Positions 7,787-15,642 of a stretch of DNA of 64,000 nucleotides are shown here, in pieces; the first letter of the stretch is position 1; each line of letters starts with the position of its first letter. The translations under genes and the position numbers were made by a program. The notes beneath the pieces are model-generated. The model was not told the DNA's origin. It ran no database searches and worked only from the letters and a program-made list of their open reading frames with translations. Origin of the DNA: a virus; IMG/VR virus record IMGVR_UViG_3300011398_000004, positions 9,055-73,054 of that record; one strand, given 5' to 3'.

Positions 7787-9982
7787 ATGGAAGCATTGAA
7801 ATCATACCCGTCCTGGTTAGAGAAATATTATGAGCGAGGATTCCGTTTAATCTATTATCCGACGAAGAAGAAAAATCCTGAAGGCAAAGAAGCTTCGGAA
7901 TGGCCTAATCGCATCTACACAAAAGAAGACTATGTTCCAGGACAAAACATAGGAATCGTATTAGGTAATGAGATTGCACCGGGGCAATTCCTTGCCGATA
8001 TAGATTTCGATTGGATTCCTGGGATTGAATTGTCTGGCGGTATCCTTCCTGCTACGAAATTTGTATACGGCCACCCACCTTCCAAACCGATATCCCATGC
8101 ATTCTATACGACGCATGAACCTGTGATATCTAAAGCATATGAGAACATAGATTATAAAGGTGAAGGATTTGTCCCAGCAAAGAAGACGTTCGTCGAACTT
8201 CGAGGTGTAAAATACGATGGGTCTTATGGGAATCAGTCGATGGTGCCTCCATCTATTTGGACACCAAAAGGTGAGGAATTAACCCATCCTGGTGAAGTTC
8301 TTGAATTTTATAAATCCTCATCTATCAATGCAGAGATATCCTTCGTAGATGATCTACCGAGACGGACATTGCTATACGCTATAGCTTGTATGCTACATGC
8401 GTGGATTGCAAAAGGATCTTTTAAGCATGATATGCGATTAGCGGTTGCCGGGTTCTTACTATCTAATGATTTGACAAAAGAAGAAGCTACCTCTGTAATG
8501 CGTTCCGTTATCGAATATAATGGGCCTCACGATAAAGGTGACGAAGTTCTTGCAATTGAATCTACGTTAAGAGCTATCTCGAATAAGAAAGCATTCACAG
8601 GTAAGAGCAAATTGATTGAATTATTAGGAGAACATGGACATGCGATTGTAAAACAAATTATGAAATGGTTAGGTGGTTCGGAATTCGTTGAATATAAAGG
8701 AAAAGTGCTACCAAATCAAGAAAATATAAGAAGATCAATCGAATTACGGAATATTAATTTGTCGTTCAACGAATTTTCATGTAAGCCGTTGATTGAATAT
8801 CCAGAGATTTATAAAGGGGAATTAGAAGATAATATCGAACTTCATATTTGGTTAGAGACAGAGAGAAAACATCGTTTTCTACCTCCTAAGACCTTATATC
8901 AAGATGTAGTGAGAAATGTAGCATGGGAGAATCGTTTCCATCCCGTCATTGACTATCTTAAGGAACTCGTATGGGATGGTATTCCTCGTATCAATACGTG
9001 GGTGATTCAAACTGCGGGAGCCGATGATACCCCATATATTCAATCTGTTTCCTCGATTATGCTGATGGCGGCTGTTAAGCGAATAACCGATCCAGGATGT
9101 AAATACGATGAGATGGTAGTCTTCGAATCTGGTAAACAAGGATTATTGAAATCCTCCGCATTACGGACACTGTGCCCGAAAGACGAATGGTTTAGCGATA
9201 ATCTGCCGCTGAACTTGAAAGCCCAGGAAATCATGGAATTGACCATGGGAAAATGGATAATCGAAGTCGCGGAACTGAATAAGATAAGAAGCACTCAGAT
9301 GGATCACGTCAAATCCATGTTATCGAGGCAGGATGATACTGCACGGCTGGCTTACGCACACAATCCCAAGACACAACGACGACAATGTATCTTCGTTGGA
9401 ACTACGAACTCATATACTTATTTGACGGATGCAACTGGGAACCGACGATTCTGGCCTATTCGAGTTAATAAATTCGATATTGTATGGATACGTGAGAATA
9501 GAGATCAATTATGGGCAGAAGCTTTCATGCGAGCAGAAAAAGGTGATTCTATTCGTTTACCGGAAGAATTATATAAACCTGCGGAAGATGAACAAGAAAA
9601 TCGACTAGTTGATGATGATTGGAAGGATAAATTAGATCGTTTGTATGATCGTCAATATCAACGGATTTCGAATGAATCAATCTTAATCGAATTAGGAATA
9701 CCTATTGATAGAAGAACTCAAGCAGTATCTACGAGAATAGCTGAGATTATGCAGTCACTAGGATTTACGAGAGCTAGTCAGGTGCGTGATAAGGAAACAG
9801 GAAAACAAGCTCGAGGGTGGAAGAGGGAAGTTGTATATCCTGTGAAGACATGGGTTGAAAAGAGAAGATTATTAGATGAAAATGACACGAATATTGAGAT
9901 GGAGAAGGAAGAGGAACGTATGATGAAAGAAGAGGAAGAACTTTTGGATCGAGAGATGTCATTGAAGAACTTTACGAAGTGA
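7787..9982 (+). CDS. DNA primase/helicase (primase-polymerase N-domain plus VirE/D5-like NTPase)
   Basis: 731 aa; P-loop-like FESGKQGLLKSS and the VirE-family signature TDATGNRRFWPIRV; adjacent to the iteron array. Confidence 0.6.
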   Translation: MEALKSYPSWLEKYYERGFRLIYYPTKKKNPEGKEASEWPNRIYTKEDYVPGQNIGIVLGNEIAPGQFLADIDFDWIPGIELSGGILPATKFVYGHPPSKPISHAFYTTHEPVISKAYENIDYKGEGFVPAKKTFVELRGVKYDGSYGNQSMVPPSIWTPKGEELTHPGEVLEFYKSSSINAEISFVDDLPRRTLLYAIACMLHAWIAKGSFKHDMRLAVAGFLLSNDLTKEEATSVMRSVIEYNGPHDKGDEVLAIESTLRAISNKKAFTGKSKLIELLGEHGHAIVKQIMKWLGGSEFVEYKGKVLPNQENIRRSIELRNINLSFNEFSCKPLIEYPEIYKGELEDNIELHIWLETERKHRFLPPKTLYQDVVRNVAWENRFHPVIDYLKELVWDGIPRINTWVIQTAGADDTPYIQSVSSIMLMAAVKRITDPGCKYDEMVVFESGKQGLLKSSALRTLCPKDEWFSDNLPLNLKAQEIMELTMGKWIIEVAELNKIRSTQMDHVKSMLSRQDDTARLAYAHNPKTQRRQCIFVGTTNSYTYLTDATGNRRFWPIRVNKFDIVWIRENRDQLWAEAFMRAEKGDSIRLPEELYKPAEDEQENRLVDDDWKDKLDRLYDRQYQRISNESILIELGIPIDRRTQAVSTRIAEIMQSLGFTRASQVRDKETGKQARGWKREVVYPVKTWVEKRRLLDENDTNIEMEKEEERMMKEEEELLDREMSLKNFTK

Positions 9983-10013
9983 AGAACTTTACAAATCTCG
10001 AACTTTTAGGATC

Positions 10014-10280
10014 TTGAATTTTACAAAATCAATAACTTTTGGAATCTCAAATATGGTGATAATGTCTCATGTTGAGCTTGTTGGTGGTAAAGTTTATAGA
10101 GGATTAACTAATCTGGATAAGGAGAAAGATGAAAGAATAAAATTTATTGTTATGAAAGAGGGTAGTATAGAGGATTATAGGGAATGTTTATTAGGATTTG
10201 GAATGCGGTCGGAGGAGATCGAAGCAGATATTGTTCATTTTGGTAGTCCTAAGTGGTTCTATTTTGTGAAAACAGACTGA
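10014..10280 (+). CDS. hypothetical protein
   Basis: ORF track. Confidence 0.35.
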   Translation: MNFTKSITFGISNMVIMSHVELVGGKVYRGLTNLDKEKDERIKFIVMKEGSIEDYRECLLGFGMRSEEIEADIVHFGSPKWFYFVKTD

Positions 10281-10329
10281 TTAGAGGAAGGAATTCGGCG
10301 GGAGGCGGGTTTTGGAGCTGTAAAAGGAC

Positions 10330-10654
10330 GTTTACACCGTTTACAGTGTTTACAAATCGAGGGTAAATCACGGTGTTCGTAAACATGGTGTTTACATGTC
10401 CAAAAAGCTGTAAGTTACTGGAAACAAACGAGTTGCGGCGTCACTGTTCTGTAAACGTAAACGGTAAACAACACCTCCTCCAACAGTTGCTTGGCGTTTC
10501 CCGGGACCGGGGCTTTTTGCGTAACTCTTTAAATACCATGTTTACACTGTTTACAGAGTTTACAAACCCTAAATCGGACCTGTAAATACCGGCATTTTTC
10601 TGTAAACTGGATTTGTAAACGGCATTTACCCTCGAACACCACCTGTTTACAGAA
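10330..10654. repeat. iteron array, about 15 copies of GTTTACA/TGTAAAC in both orientations; candidate origin of replication
   Basis: Direct reading shows gtttacaccgtttacagtgtttacaaa..., ...tgtaaacgtaaacggtaaaca..., ...gtttacactgtttacagagtttacaaa..., ...tgtaaactggatttgtaaacgg..., ...cctgtttacag. Non-coding, downstream of the primase/helicase. Confidence 0.5.
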
Positions 10655-11089
10655 AAGCTCTAGTGAACCACCCTCGGCACGACTAAATCCATCCTCGGAA
10701 TGAATTTATGAAGATAAATAGCATCTTTGACACATCGAGCCGGCTCCTCTGACCCTAAACTCGGCCAACAATACAGACTTTCTGAGTAAATTTTCCCGCA
10801 TTTCGGACACTTTCCTCGATTTTCGGAGCTCGGACGACGACTTTTTCCATCGGATGACCTCAGTTACGTCTTTTATCGTCAGTTACAGGTTTGAATAGAT
10901 CGAAATCCCATCATTGATGTGGTCTATCTACGTCTAAGTGCTTCCACCCACAACTTGCCGCAGATTGCAAGCTCTAAATTTCGAATCAACTCATTCCTAA
11001 ATCCACGTTTAGTAATCTAATGTAAGGATTACTGCCCGTGCCGTGCTTAATTATAGCACGGAACAGTTAAATCACCTAGTCTTATTTTT

Positions 11090-11104
11090 ATCAATGAAAA
11101 GATC
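11090..11104 (+). repeat. copy 1 of the 15-mer ATCAATGAAAAGATC
   Basis: Same 15-mer, or its reverse complement, recurs at 14011-14025, 14103-14117 and 14135-14149, on both sides of the high-GC island. Confidence 0.5.
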
Positions 11105-11116
11105 TAATTTAAAGAT

Positions 11117-11145
11117 TTGCAATCTTTATTAAAATGTGGTATAAT
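11117..11145 (+). promoter_or_regulatory. consensus sigma-70/sigma-A promoter TTGCAA-N17-TATAAT
   Basis: TTGCAA at 11117-11122, exactly 17-nt spacer, TATAAT at 11140-11145. Confidence 0.45.
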
Positions 11146-11152
11146 GATAAAT

Positions 11153-11497
11153 ATGCGAGAGAATTTCCCAAATAATGAGAGAAATATCTATTTCTCAGAA
11201 TATGTCGCACGTCGAAATATGATCAACAGATGTATAAATCCTGATTGTAAAGAATGGAAATGGTATGGTGTTAGAGGAATAAAGGTCTGTGATCGTTGGA
11301 TAAATAGTTTCTTAGATTTTCTTAAAGATATTGGTCCGAAACCATCACCAGGATTAACATTAGGAAGAATAGACAACGATGGGGATTATGAACCTGGGAA
11401 TGTTAAATGGTCAACTAGAAAAGAACAAGCAAATAATCGACGTAGACGAGAATACGATCGTTCACCAGATACAAGATTAAGGCGTAGGCGCATATAG
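11153..11497 (+). CDS. HNH homing endonuclease (YGVRGIKVC...RIDNDGDYEPGNVKWSTRKEQANNRRRR)
   Basis: ORF track 11117..11497 begins with TTG, which is the -35 hexamer itself, so the first in-frame ATG after the -10 box (11153) is preferred. Start is uncertain. Confidence 0.55.
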   Translation: MRENFPNNERNIYFSEYVARRNMINRCINPDCKEWKWYGVRGIKVCDRWINSFLDFLKDIGPKPSPGLTLGRIDNDGDYEPGNVKWSTRKEQANNRRRREYDRSPDTRLRRRRI

Positions 11498-11643
11498 TAA
11501 AGTTGTGCAATATTATCACTATAAGATCTTTTCATAGATCGGCTTCTAAAAGAAGAAATAAAAAGATGTAAACGGATATGGCTCACCTGTGCTATGCTTT
11601 TGTTTGCCGCCAATACCAGCGGCACTCACAAGGAGATAACGCG

Positions 11644-12027
11644 ATGAAATTCGATAACAAGATTGAAGCGATCAAGGCTCTCCGCAACATCCCTCGTGGA
11701 ACTGCGGAGATCTCAATTGCTACCGGCAAGCCTACGCTGGTAGTCAGTGGCGGTGGTCTGGGTTTCAAGGAGGCCAAGGATCTCGTCGAAGCCATCTGCG
11801 AGATGGGTGTCCAATATCATCTGTCTCGGCAGCGTAATGACATTCTGCGTGAATTCTTGCAGACCGAGCTCGCCAAGCTCCCCGCTCCGCCGTCCAACAT
11901 CCCCAACTGCAATCGTTGCGGGAATTCTCTCGTGGACCAGTTCTCGGCTCAGCCCTGCCAGACCTGCTGGGACAAGGAGCAGGATCGTCTGCGAGAAGCG
12001 CAACTCGACGATGACATTCACTTCTAA
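11644..12027 (+). CDS. ribosomal protein L7/L12 C-terminal-domain-like protein, first gene of the high-GC island
   Basis: AAGGAGATAACGCG then ATG. [11 protein letters not shown]...[16 protein letters not shown] matches the L7/L12 CTD core ([24 protein letters not shown]). High-GC codon usage unlike the flanking phage genes. Confidence 0.5.
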   Translation: [127 protein letters not shown]

Positions 12028-12314
12028 TGGTGACAGTCATCGTCATCCTAACCGTGTTTTTCGCGATCCTGCTAATGGTGGTAGGAGTTCCTCTTCTTCT
12101 CTTATGGATAGTCCGTAACTCTATCCAAGCGGCCAAGTATCGCGCTCTTGTTCATGCATCCTCGCAAGTAAGAACTGGATACACGATCGTTTACAAGAGC
12201 GGAAGAAAGACAGAGAAGATGGATCTTGATGGGGCCACGGAAGGAGAGGCCATGATGGATCTTGTCAAGAGGAAGGTCTCCTATGACAAAATTATTTCTT
12301 TAACGAAGAAATAA
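12027..12314 (+). CDS. small membrane protein (one TM helix)
   Basis: TAATG overlap with upstream gene; VIVILTVFFAILLMVVGVPLLLLWIV. Confidence 0.45.
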   Translation: MVTVIVILTVFFAILLMVVGVPLLLLWIVRNSIQAAKYRALVHASSQVRTGYTIVYKSGRKTEKMDLDGATEGEAMMDLVKRKVSYDKIISLTKK

Positions 12315-12400
12315 TAAGAACAAATCTGCTGGCTGCGCCGTGCTATATTACTACTGGCGCAGCGCATACCGCGCGAGCCACATAAAGGAGATAGGAAGAT

Positions 12401-12634
12401 ATGGGAGAGCCAATCAAAATGGAGCATATTCTGGCTCCTGCCGCAAAGGTCAAAGTGGCCTACGGCAACTGGCGCGAGACTTCTCTCGCGCTTGCTCCTG
12501 CCGAATTCAAGGCAGGCACTCAAATCGTCGGAACTTGCGGCTCCTGCTTGGAAGTCGTGGCCGCTGTCAAACTCAAACTCGTGCGTCTCCCCTTCGGGCG
12601 TGGGGAAGCGTGGAAATGCGAGAACTGCCGATGA
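12401..12634 (+). CDS. zinc-ribbon protein (CGSC...CENC)
   Basis: AAGGAGATAGGAAG then ATG at 12401. Confidence 0.45.
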   Translation: MGEPIKMEHILAPAAKVKVAYGNWRETSLALAPAEFKAGTQIVGTCGSCLEVVAAVKLKLVRLPFGRGEAWKCENCR

Positions 12635-12903
12635 TATTTCCACGCTGGAAACGTCGTTCCCATACAGCCAACGTCGCTGATCCCACACAGGTCACTGTGT
12701 GGGAGTTCGGCAAGCGTAACTTCCAAATCTCGCTCGTTGCCTCATGGGGCGTCGAGGCGAAGATTTACTTCATGGGCCGGAAGTTCTGGTCCTATGACGC
12801 GTGGTGGGCAATTCGTCTGTATGACTTCCTCGAGAACCAGTGGGAAGCTCAGCAGATGGATTACGAGGAAGACCCGATGGGTCGGTTGTCGGATTACGAA
12901 TAA
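12616..12903 (+). CDS. hypothetical Trp-rich protein
   Basis: Internal Met of ORF 12340..12903 (MRELPMIFPRWKRR...), overlapping the end of the upstream gene. The upstream part of that ORF looks like GC-driven read-through. Confidence 0.35.
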   Translation: MRELPMIFPRWKRRSHTANVADPTQVTVWEFGKRNFQISLVASWGVEAKIYFMGRKFWSYDAWWAIRLYDFLENQWEAQQMDYEEDPMGRLSDYE

Positions 12904-12916
12904 GGAGATAACGAAG

Positions 12917-13165
12917 ATGAGAAAACGCCAACAGGAGCTGTTCTTCGAGGACAGTTCCTGGAAAGGCTCGAATACCGAGCGTGATGTTATGAGATCCTTC
13001 GAAGCTGCTGGTCGGGAGACTGACATCAGTCACAATGAGCCGTTACCAGAGCGTCGGCGGCATCTGATGAAAGTCGTCTGCCTCGAGTGCTCGACGAAGT
13101 TTACGACGAGATCGCACATCCCGTCGTGTCCCGGCTGTGGAGGTTCGGATATCGAACTTCGGTGA
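12917..13165 (+). CDS. zinc-ribbon protein (CLEC...CPGC)
   Basis: TAAGGAGATAACGAAG then ATG; MRKRQQELFFED...VVCLECSTKFTTRSHIPSCPGCGGSDIELR. Confidence 0.45.
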   Translation: MRKRQQELFFEDSSWKGSNTERDVMRSFEAAGRETDISHNEPLPERRRHLMKVVCLECSTKFTTRSHIPSCPGCGGSDIELR

Positions 13166-13346
13166 ATTTCCGTGATCCTCGTTCGTTTGGACTACAGATA
13201 TGATCTCGCGGCGGTGCCCAAGACCCCGGCTGAACATATCAAGTGCCTGAACTTTCGATAACTTCGAGAGCGGGACGTAGGAGAACTTCTTTGAACTTGA
13301 TAGAATTAAGAACCTTTGAGCTTTTGAAAAAGAGCAAAATAAGATA

Positions 13347-13375
13347 TTGCAATCTTGCGGCGAGCGTGCTACGCT
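13347..13375 (+). promoter_or_regulatory. promoter TTGCAA-N17-TACGCT inside the island
   Basis: TTGCAAtcttgcggcgagcgtgcTACGCT. The -10 is the same type as the phage early promoter family. Confidence 0.35.
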
Positions 13376-13452
13376 GCATTACACGGTGCGGGTGCAATTC
13401 AGCACCCCACCACACGTCGTCAATCAGCGGCAGATAGAGAGCAGAGTGTATC

Positions 13453-13905
13453 ATGAGCAGGAATCAGCGCGGTGGTGGAGTTCAGGAGCAGGAGAAGCCG
13501 GAGACGGAAGTCGCGGTCGAGACCACGGCTGTCGCGGAGAAGGCCAATCGCACGGCGTTCTTCCATTCGCCGCATCCGAAGGTCGGGCAGGCGTCGCGGG
13601 TCAGCTACACGATCCCCGGCGTCTCGGGCAATATCGTCATCTTCCTCAGCATGTTCAAGGACGGCGTCGCGCCTCCCACGCTGACGTTCGATGTCGACCT
13701 CGCGGAGCCGAAGGCGGACGGGAAGCAGGCCAAGGCGGAGGCCGCGGCGCTCAAGGCTCAGGAGAAGGCCGAGAAGGCGCAGGCGCGTCTCGTCGCTCAG
13801 CAGGAGAAGGCGGTGGCGATCGCGGCCAAGGCGCAGCAGGCGTTGGACGCGGCCAAGGCTAAGGTCGGGACGGCGGAGCCGAAGACCGAGGAAGTCACGT
13901 CGTAG
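13453..13905 (+). CDS. hypothetical protein with Ala/Lys/Gln-rich C-terminal coiled-coil or histone-H1-like tail
   Basis: ORF track. Overlapping Arg/Leu-rich ORFs on other frames are GC artefacts. Confidence 0.4.
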   Translation: MSRNQRGGGVQEQEKPETEVAVETTAVAEKANRTAFFHSPHPKVGQASRVSYTIPGVSGNIVIFLSMFKDGVAPPTLTFDVDLAEPKADGKQAKAEAAALKAQEKAEKAQARLVAQQEKAVAIAAKAQQALDAAKAKVGTAEPKTEEVTS

Positions 13906-13962
13906 AGCTCGGATTCTGGTTGCAACCGATGGTATGATCGGTTGCAGTCTAGACGCTCGGAG

Positions 13963-14005
13963 ATAGCCGCAGAGCACTCTCCCTCTGCGGCTATTCTTTT
14001 GTTCT
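13963..14005 (+). terminator. rho-independent terminator closing the island operon
   Basis: Perfect 12-bp stem ATAGCCGCAGAG/CTCTGCGGCTAT, 8-nt loop, then TCTTTTGTTCT. It is preceded by a second hairpin at 13919-13947 (TTGCAACCGAT/ATCGGTTGCA). Confidence 0.55.
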
Positions 14006-14102
14006 AATTCATCTTTTCATTGATCGGACGGACTTCATAGGTAATGAATCTCCTCAGTTAGAGATTCATCCTTAAGATTAGATGTGCTATAATCTTCTGC
14101 GT

Positions 14103-14149
14103 ATCAATGAAAAGATCCTTTACTTCTTATCATTGATCTTTTCATTGAT
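14103..14149. promoter_or_regulatory. operator-like inverted repeat ATCAATGAAAAGATC, 17-nt spacer, GATCTTTTCATTGAT
   Basis: Two perfect 15-bp arms; the same 15-mer recurs at 11090 and 14011. Confidence 0.45.
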
Positions 14150-14221
14150 CGCGACGATCGGATGGATCATATCTAAGATCCTCTTTGATCAGTTACAGAT
14201 CGCTCATCGCGGCGCGGCTCC

Positions 14222-14252
14222 AAATGTACGAAACCGTACATTGTACGAAACC
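14222..14252. repeat. direct repeat GTACGAAACCGTACA, two copies
   Basis: gtacgaaaccgtacattgtacgaaaccgtacatgg. Confidence 0.4.
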
Positions 14253-14254
14253 GT

Positions 14255-14432
14255 ACATGGCACGGCATATGCTATAGCATATACCATGCCATGCCATAGT
14301 GTCATATGGCACGGTTTATGCTATAGCATAAACCCTGCCATGTCATAATACCGTATGGCATAGGATATGCTATAGCATATCCCATGCCATACCACGGCAT
14401 AGCATGGCACGAGGTATGCTAATAGCATATAC
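14255..14432. repeat. array of four copies of the 14-bp perfect palindrome TATGCTATAGCATA (one copy has a 1-nt insertion) at roughly 48-bp spacing, interleaved with GGCATGG/CCATGCC motifs
   Basis: Read directly: catatgctatagcatatacc, tttatgctatagcataaacc, atatgctatagcatatccc, gtatgctaatagcatatacc. Non-coding; the overlapping ORF 14082..14348 is spurious. Confidence 0.5.
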
Positions 14433-14769
14433 CATACCACATACACGCATACCAATATGTGCATGTGGCATGGTATATGCCCTTTGTACACCTAAAACCC
14501 TGTAAGTGTAGGTGTCTCAATAATAGGTCAAAACCCGTCTAAGGGGCAAACGAGCACCCTAACGGGTGCTGGCATGGCATGGCGGGTGCTACTCACCACG
14601 GGGCTAGGAATGGCAAATAGGGCATATGTCACTTTGTGTCACAAAGTAGCACCCGACACTATGTATCTACAGATATTTTGCGGCACCCTTACGATTTATG
14701 TTGCATTGACCTATATATATGTGCCATACTACGGGTTACTGCAATACCGCAGTGTATGAGAGTAGGTCA

Positions 14770-15433
14770 TATGACAAGAGCAGAGAAAAGAGCAGCCGCT
14801 AAGGCTGCTACGCTGGACACCGTAGCCAACAGCATGTTGGCTGCCGAAGTGGCACCCGCCGAAGTGACACCCGCCGAAGTGGCACCCGCCGAAGTGGCAC
14901 CCGCCGAAGTGGCACCCGCTACCATCCTGCCATTGTGGCTCAGTGCCATACTGGCGTCATTCGCTGGCAGTATCGGCAGTGCATACGCCGTCATTTGCAC
15001 TGGCTATGCCACGTCACCCGCGCGGGTGAAATACAGCATCACGGGACGTGGTGACGCCATTGTGGCGGTACTCTCCCACTTCGTGACACTGCCCCTGCAA
15101 GGTTCGCTCTTGAACCTGTACCCGACGGACACGGAAGTACCGGGGCATACGCTGCACTACGCTGGCGCTAACAGTGTCGGCCACACGTACCGCCTTAGCG
15201 GACACAAGGGTACATGGGTGTTTCGTGGTACGGCCCTTGCGATGCTCGGCACCGTACCGCCTGCCATGCTGCTTTGTGACGTGCCATTGTTGGGCGATAT
15301 CCGTACCGCCAATCTCACCACACCCGAAGCACTCAAGACACCGCACGGACTCACGGTACACAGTGCCATACTTGAAGTAGTGGCACCCGTCGAAGTGGCA
15401 CCCGTCGCACCCGTGGTGCCCGATGCCACGTAG
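14770..15433 (+). CDS. hypothetical protein with (PAEVA)x5 tandem repeat and hydrophobic segments
   Basis: 15-bp DNA tandem repeat gccgaagtggcaccc x5 at ~14848-14922; partial repeats again at the C-terminus (VAPVEVAPVAPVVP); high GC. Start chosen at ATG 14770, since the upstream part of ORF 14636 lies in lower-GC sequence. Confidence 0.4.
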
Positions 15434-15642
15434 GCGCATCACGCTAACACCCGATGGGGGTTTATCCCTCATGGTGTTAGGTGTGGTGTACGTGCTACTG
15501 CTCTTATACGTGTCACGCTAGGCACGTACCGCGCCACGTCACCCGATGCCACTGTGTACCAGTAGCGGTACACAGTGGCATCATAATGTACAGGCATAAG
15601 CCGTGCCACCCCCCAAAAGTGTAATCACGGCTGGCGCGGACG

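Noticed and set aside
10373-10585. 70-aa ORF across the GTTTACA iteron array
   Set aside because: It is composed of iteron repeats, has no ribosome-binding site, and sits in a non-coding origin-like region.
11747-13977. Many overlapping ORFs on all six frames, including 11592..11795(-), 11713..12021(-), 11747..12118(+), 11765..12136(-), 12281..12688(-), 12492..12680, 12520..12726(-), 12742..13026(-), 12770..13033(-), 13043..13237(-), 13239..13454(-), 13243..13437, 13347..13862, 13420..13977(-), 13472..13684 and 13691..13966 (Arg-rich)
   Set aside because: The region is GC-rich, so stop codons are rare in every frame. The Arg/Leu/Pro-rich products are typical antisense or off-frame artefacts. 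Only the frames with AAGGAGATA-type ribosome-binding sites and sensible composition were kept.
14082-14348. 88-aa ORF, plus 14574..14759, overlapping the palindrome array
   Set aside because: Its sequence is dominated by palindromic and direct repeats, with no ribosome-binding site. More likely a regulatory or partition DNA site than a gene.
14255-14432. Possibility that the regularly spaced palindromes are a CRISPR array
   Set aside because: The repeats are short perfect palindromes with only 4 copies. The intervening sequences contain their own conserved GGCATGG motifs, there are no cas genes, and the 14-bp unit with ~48-bp period does not fit CRISPR architecture.
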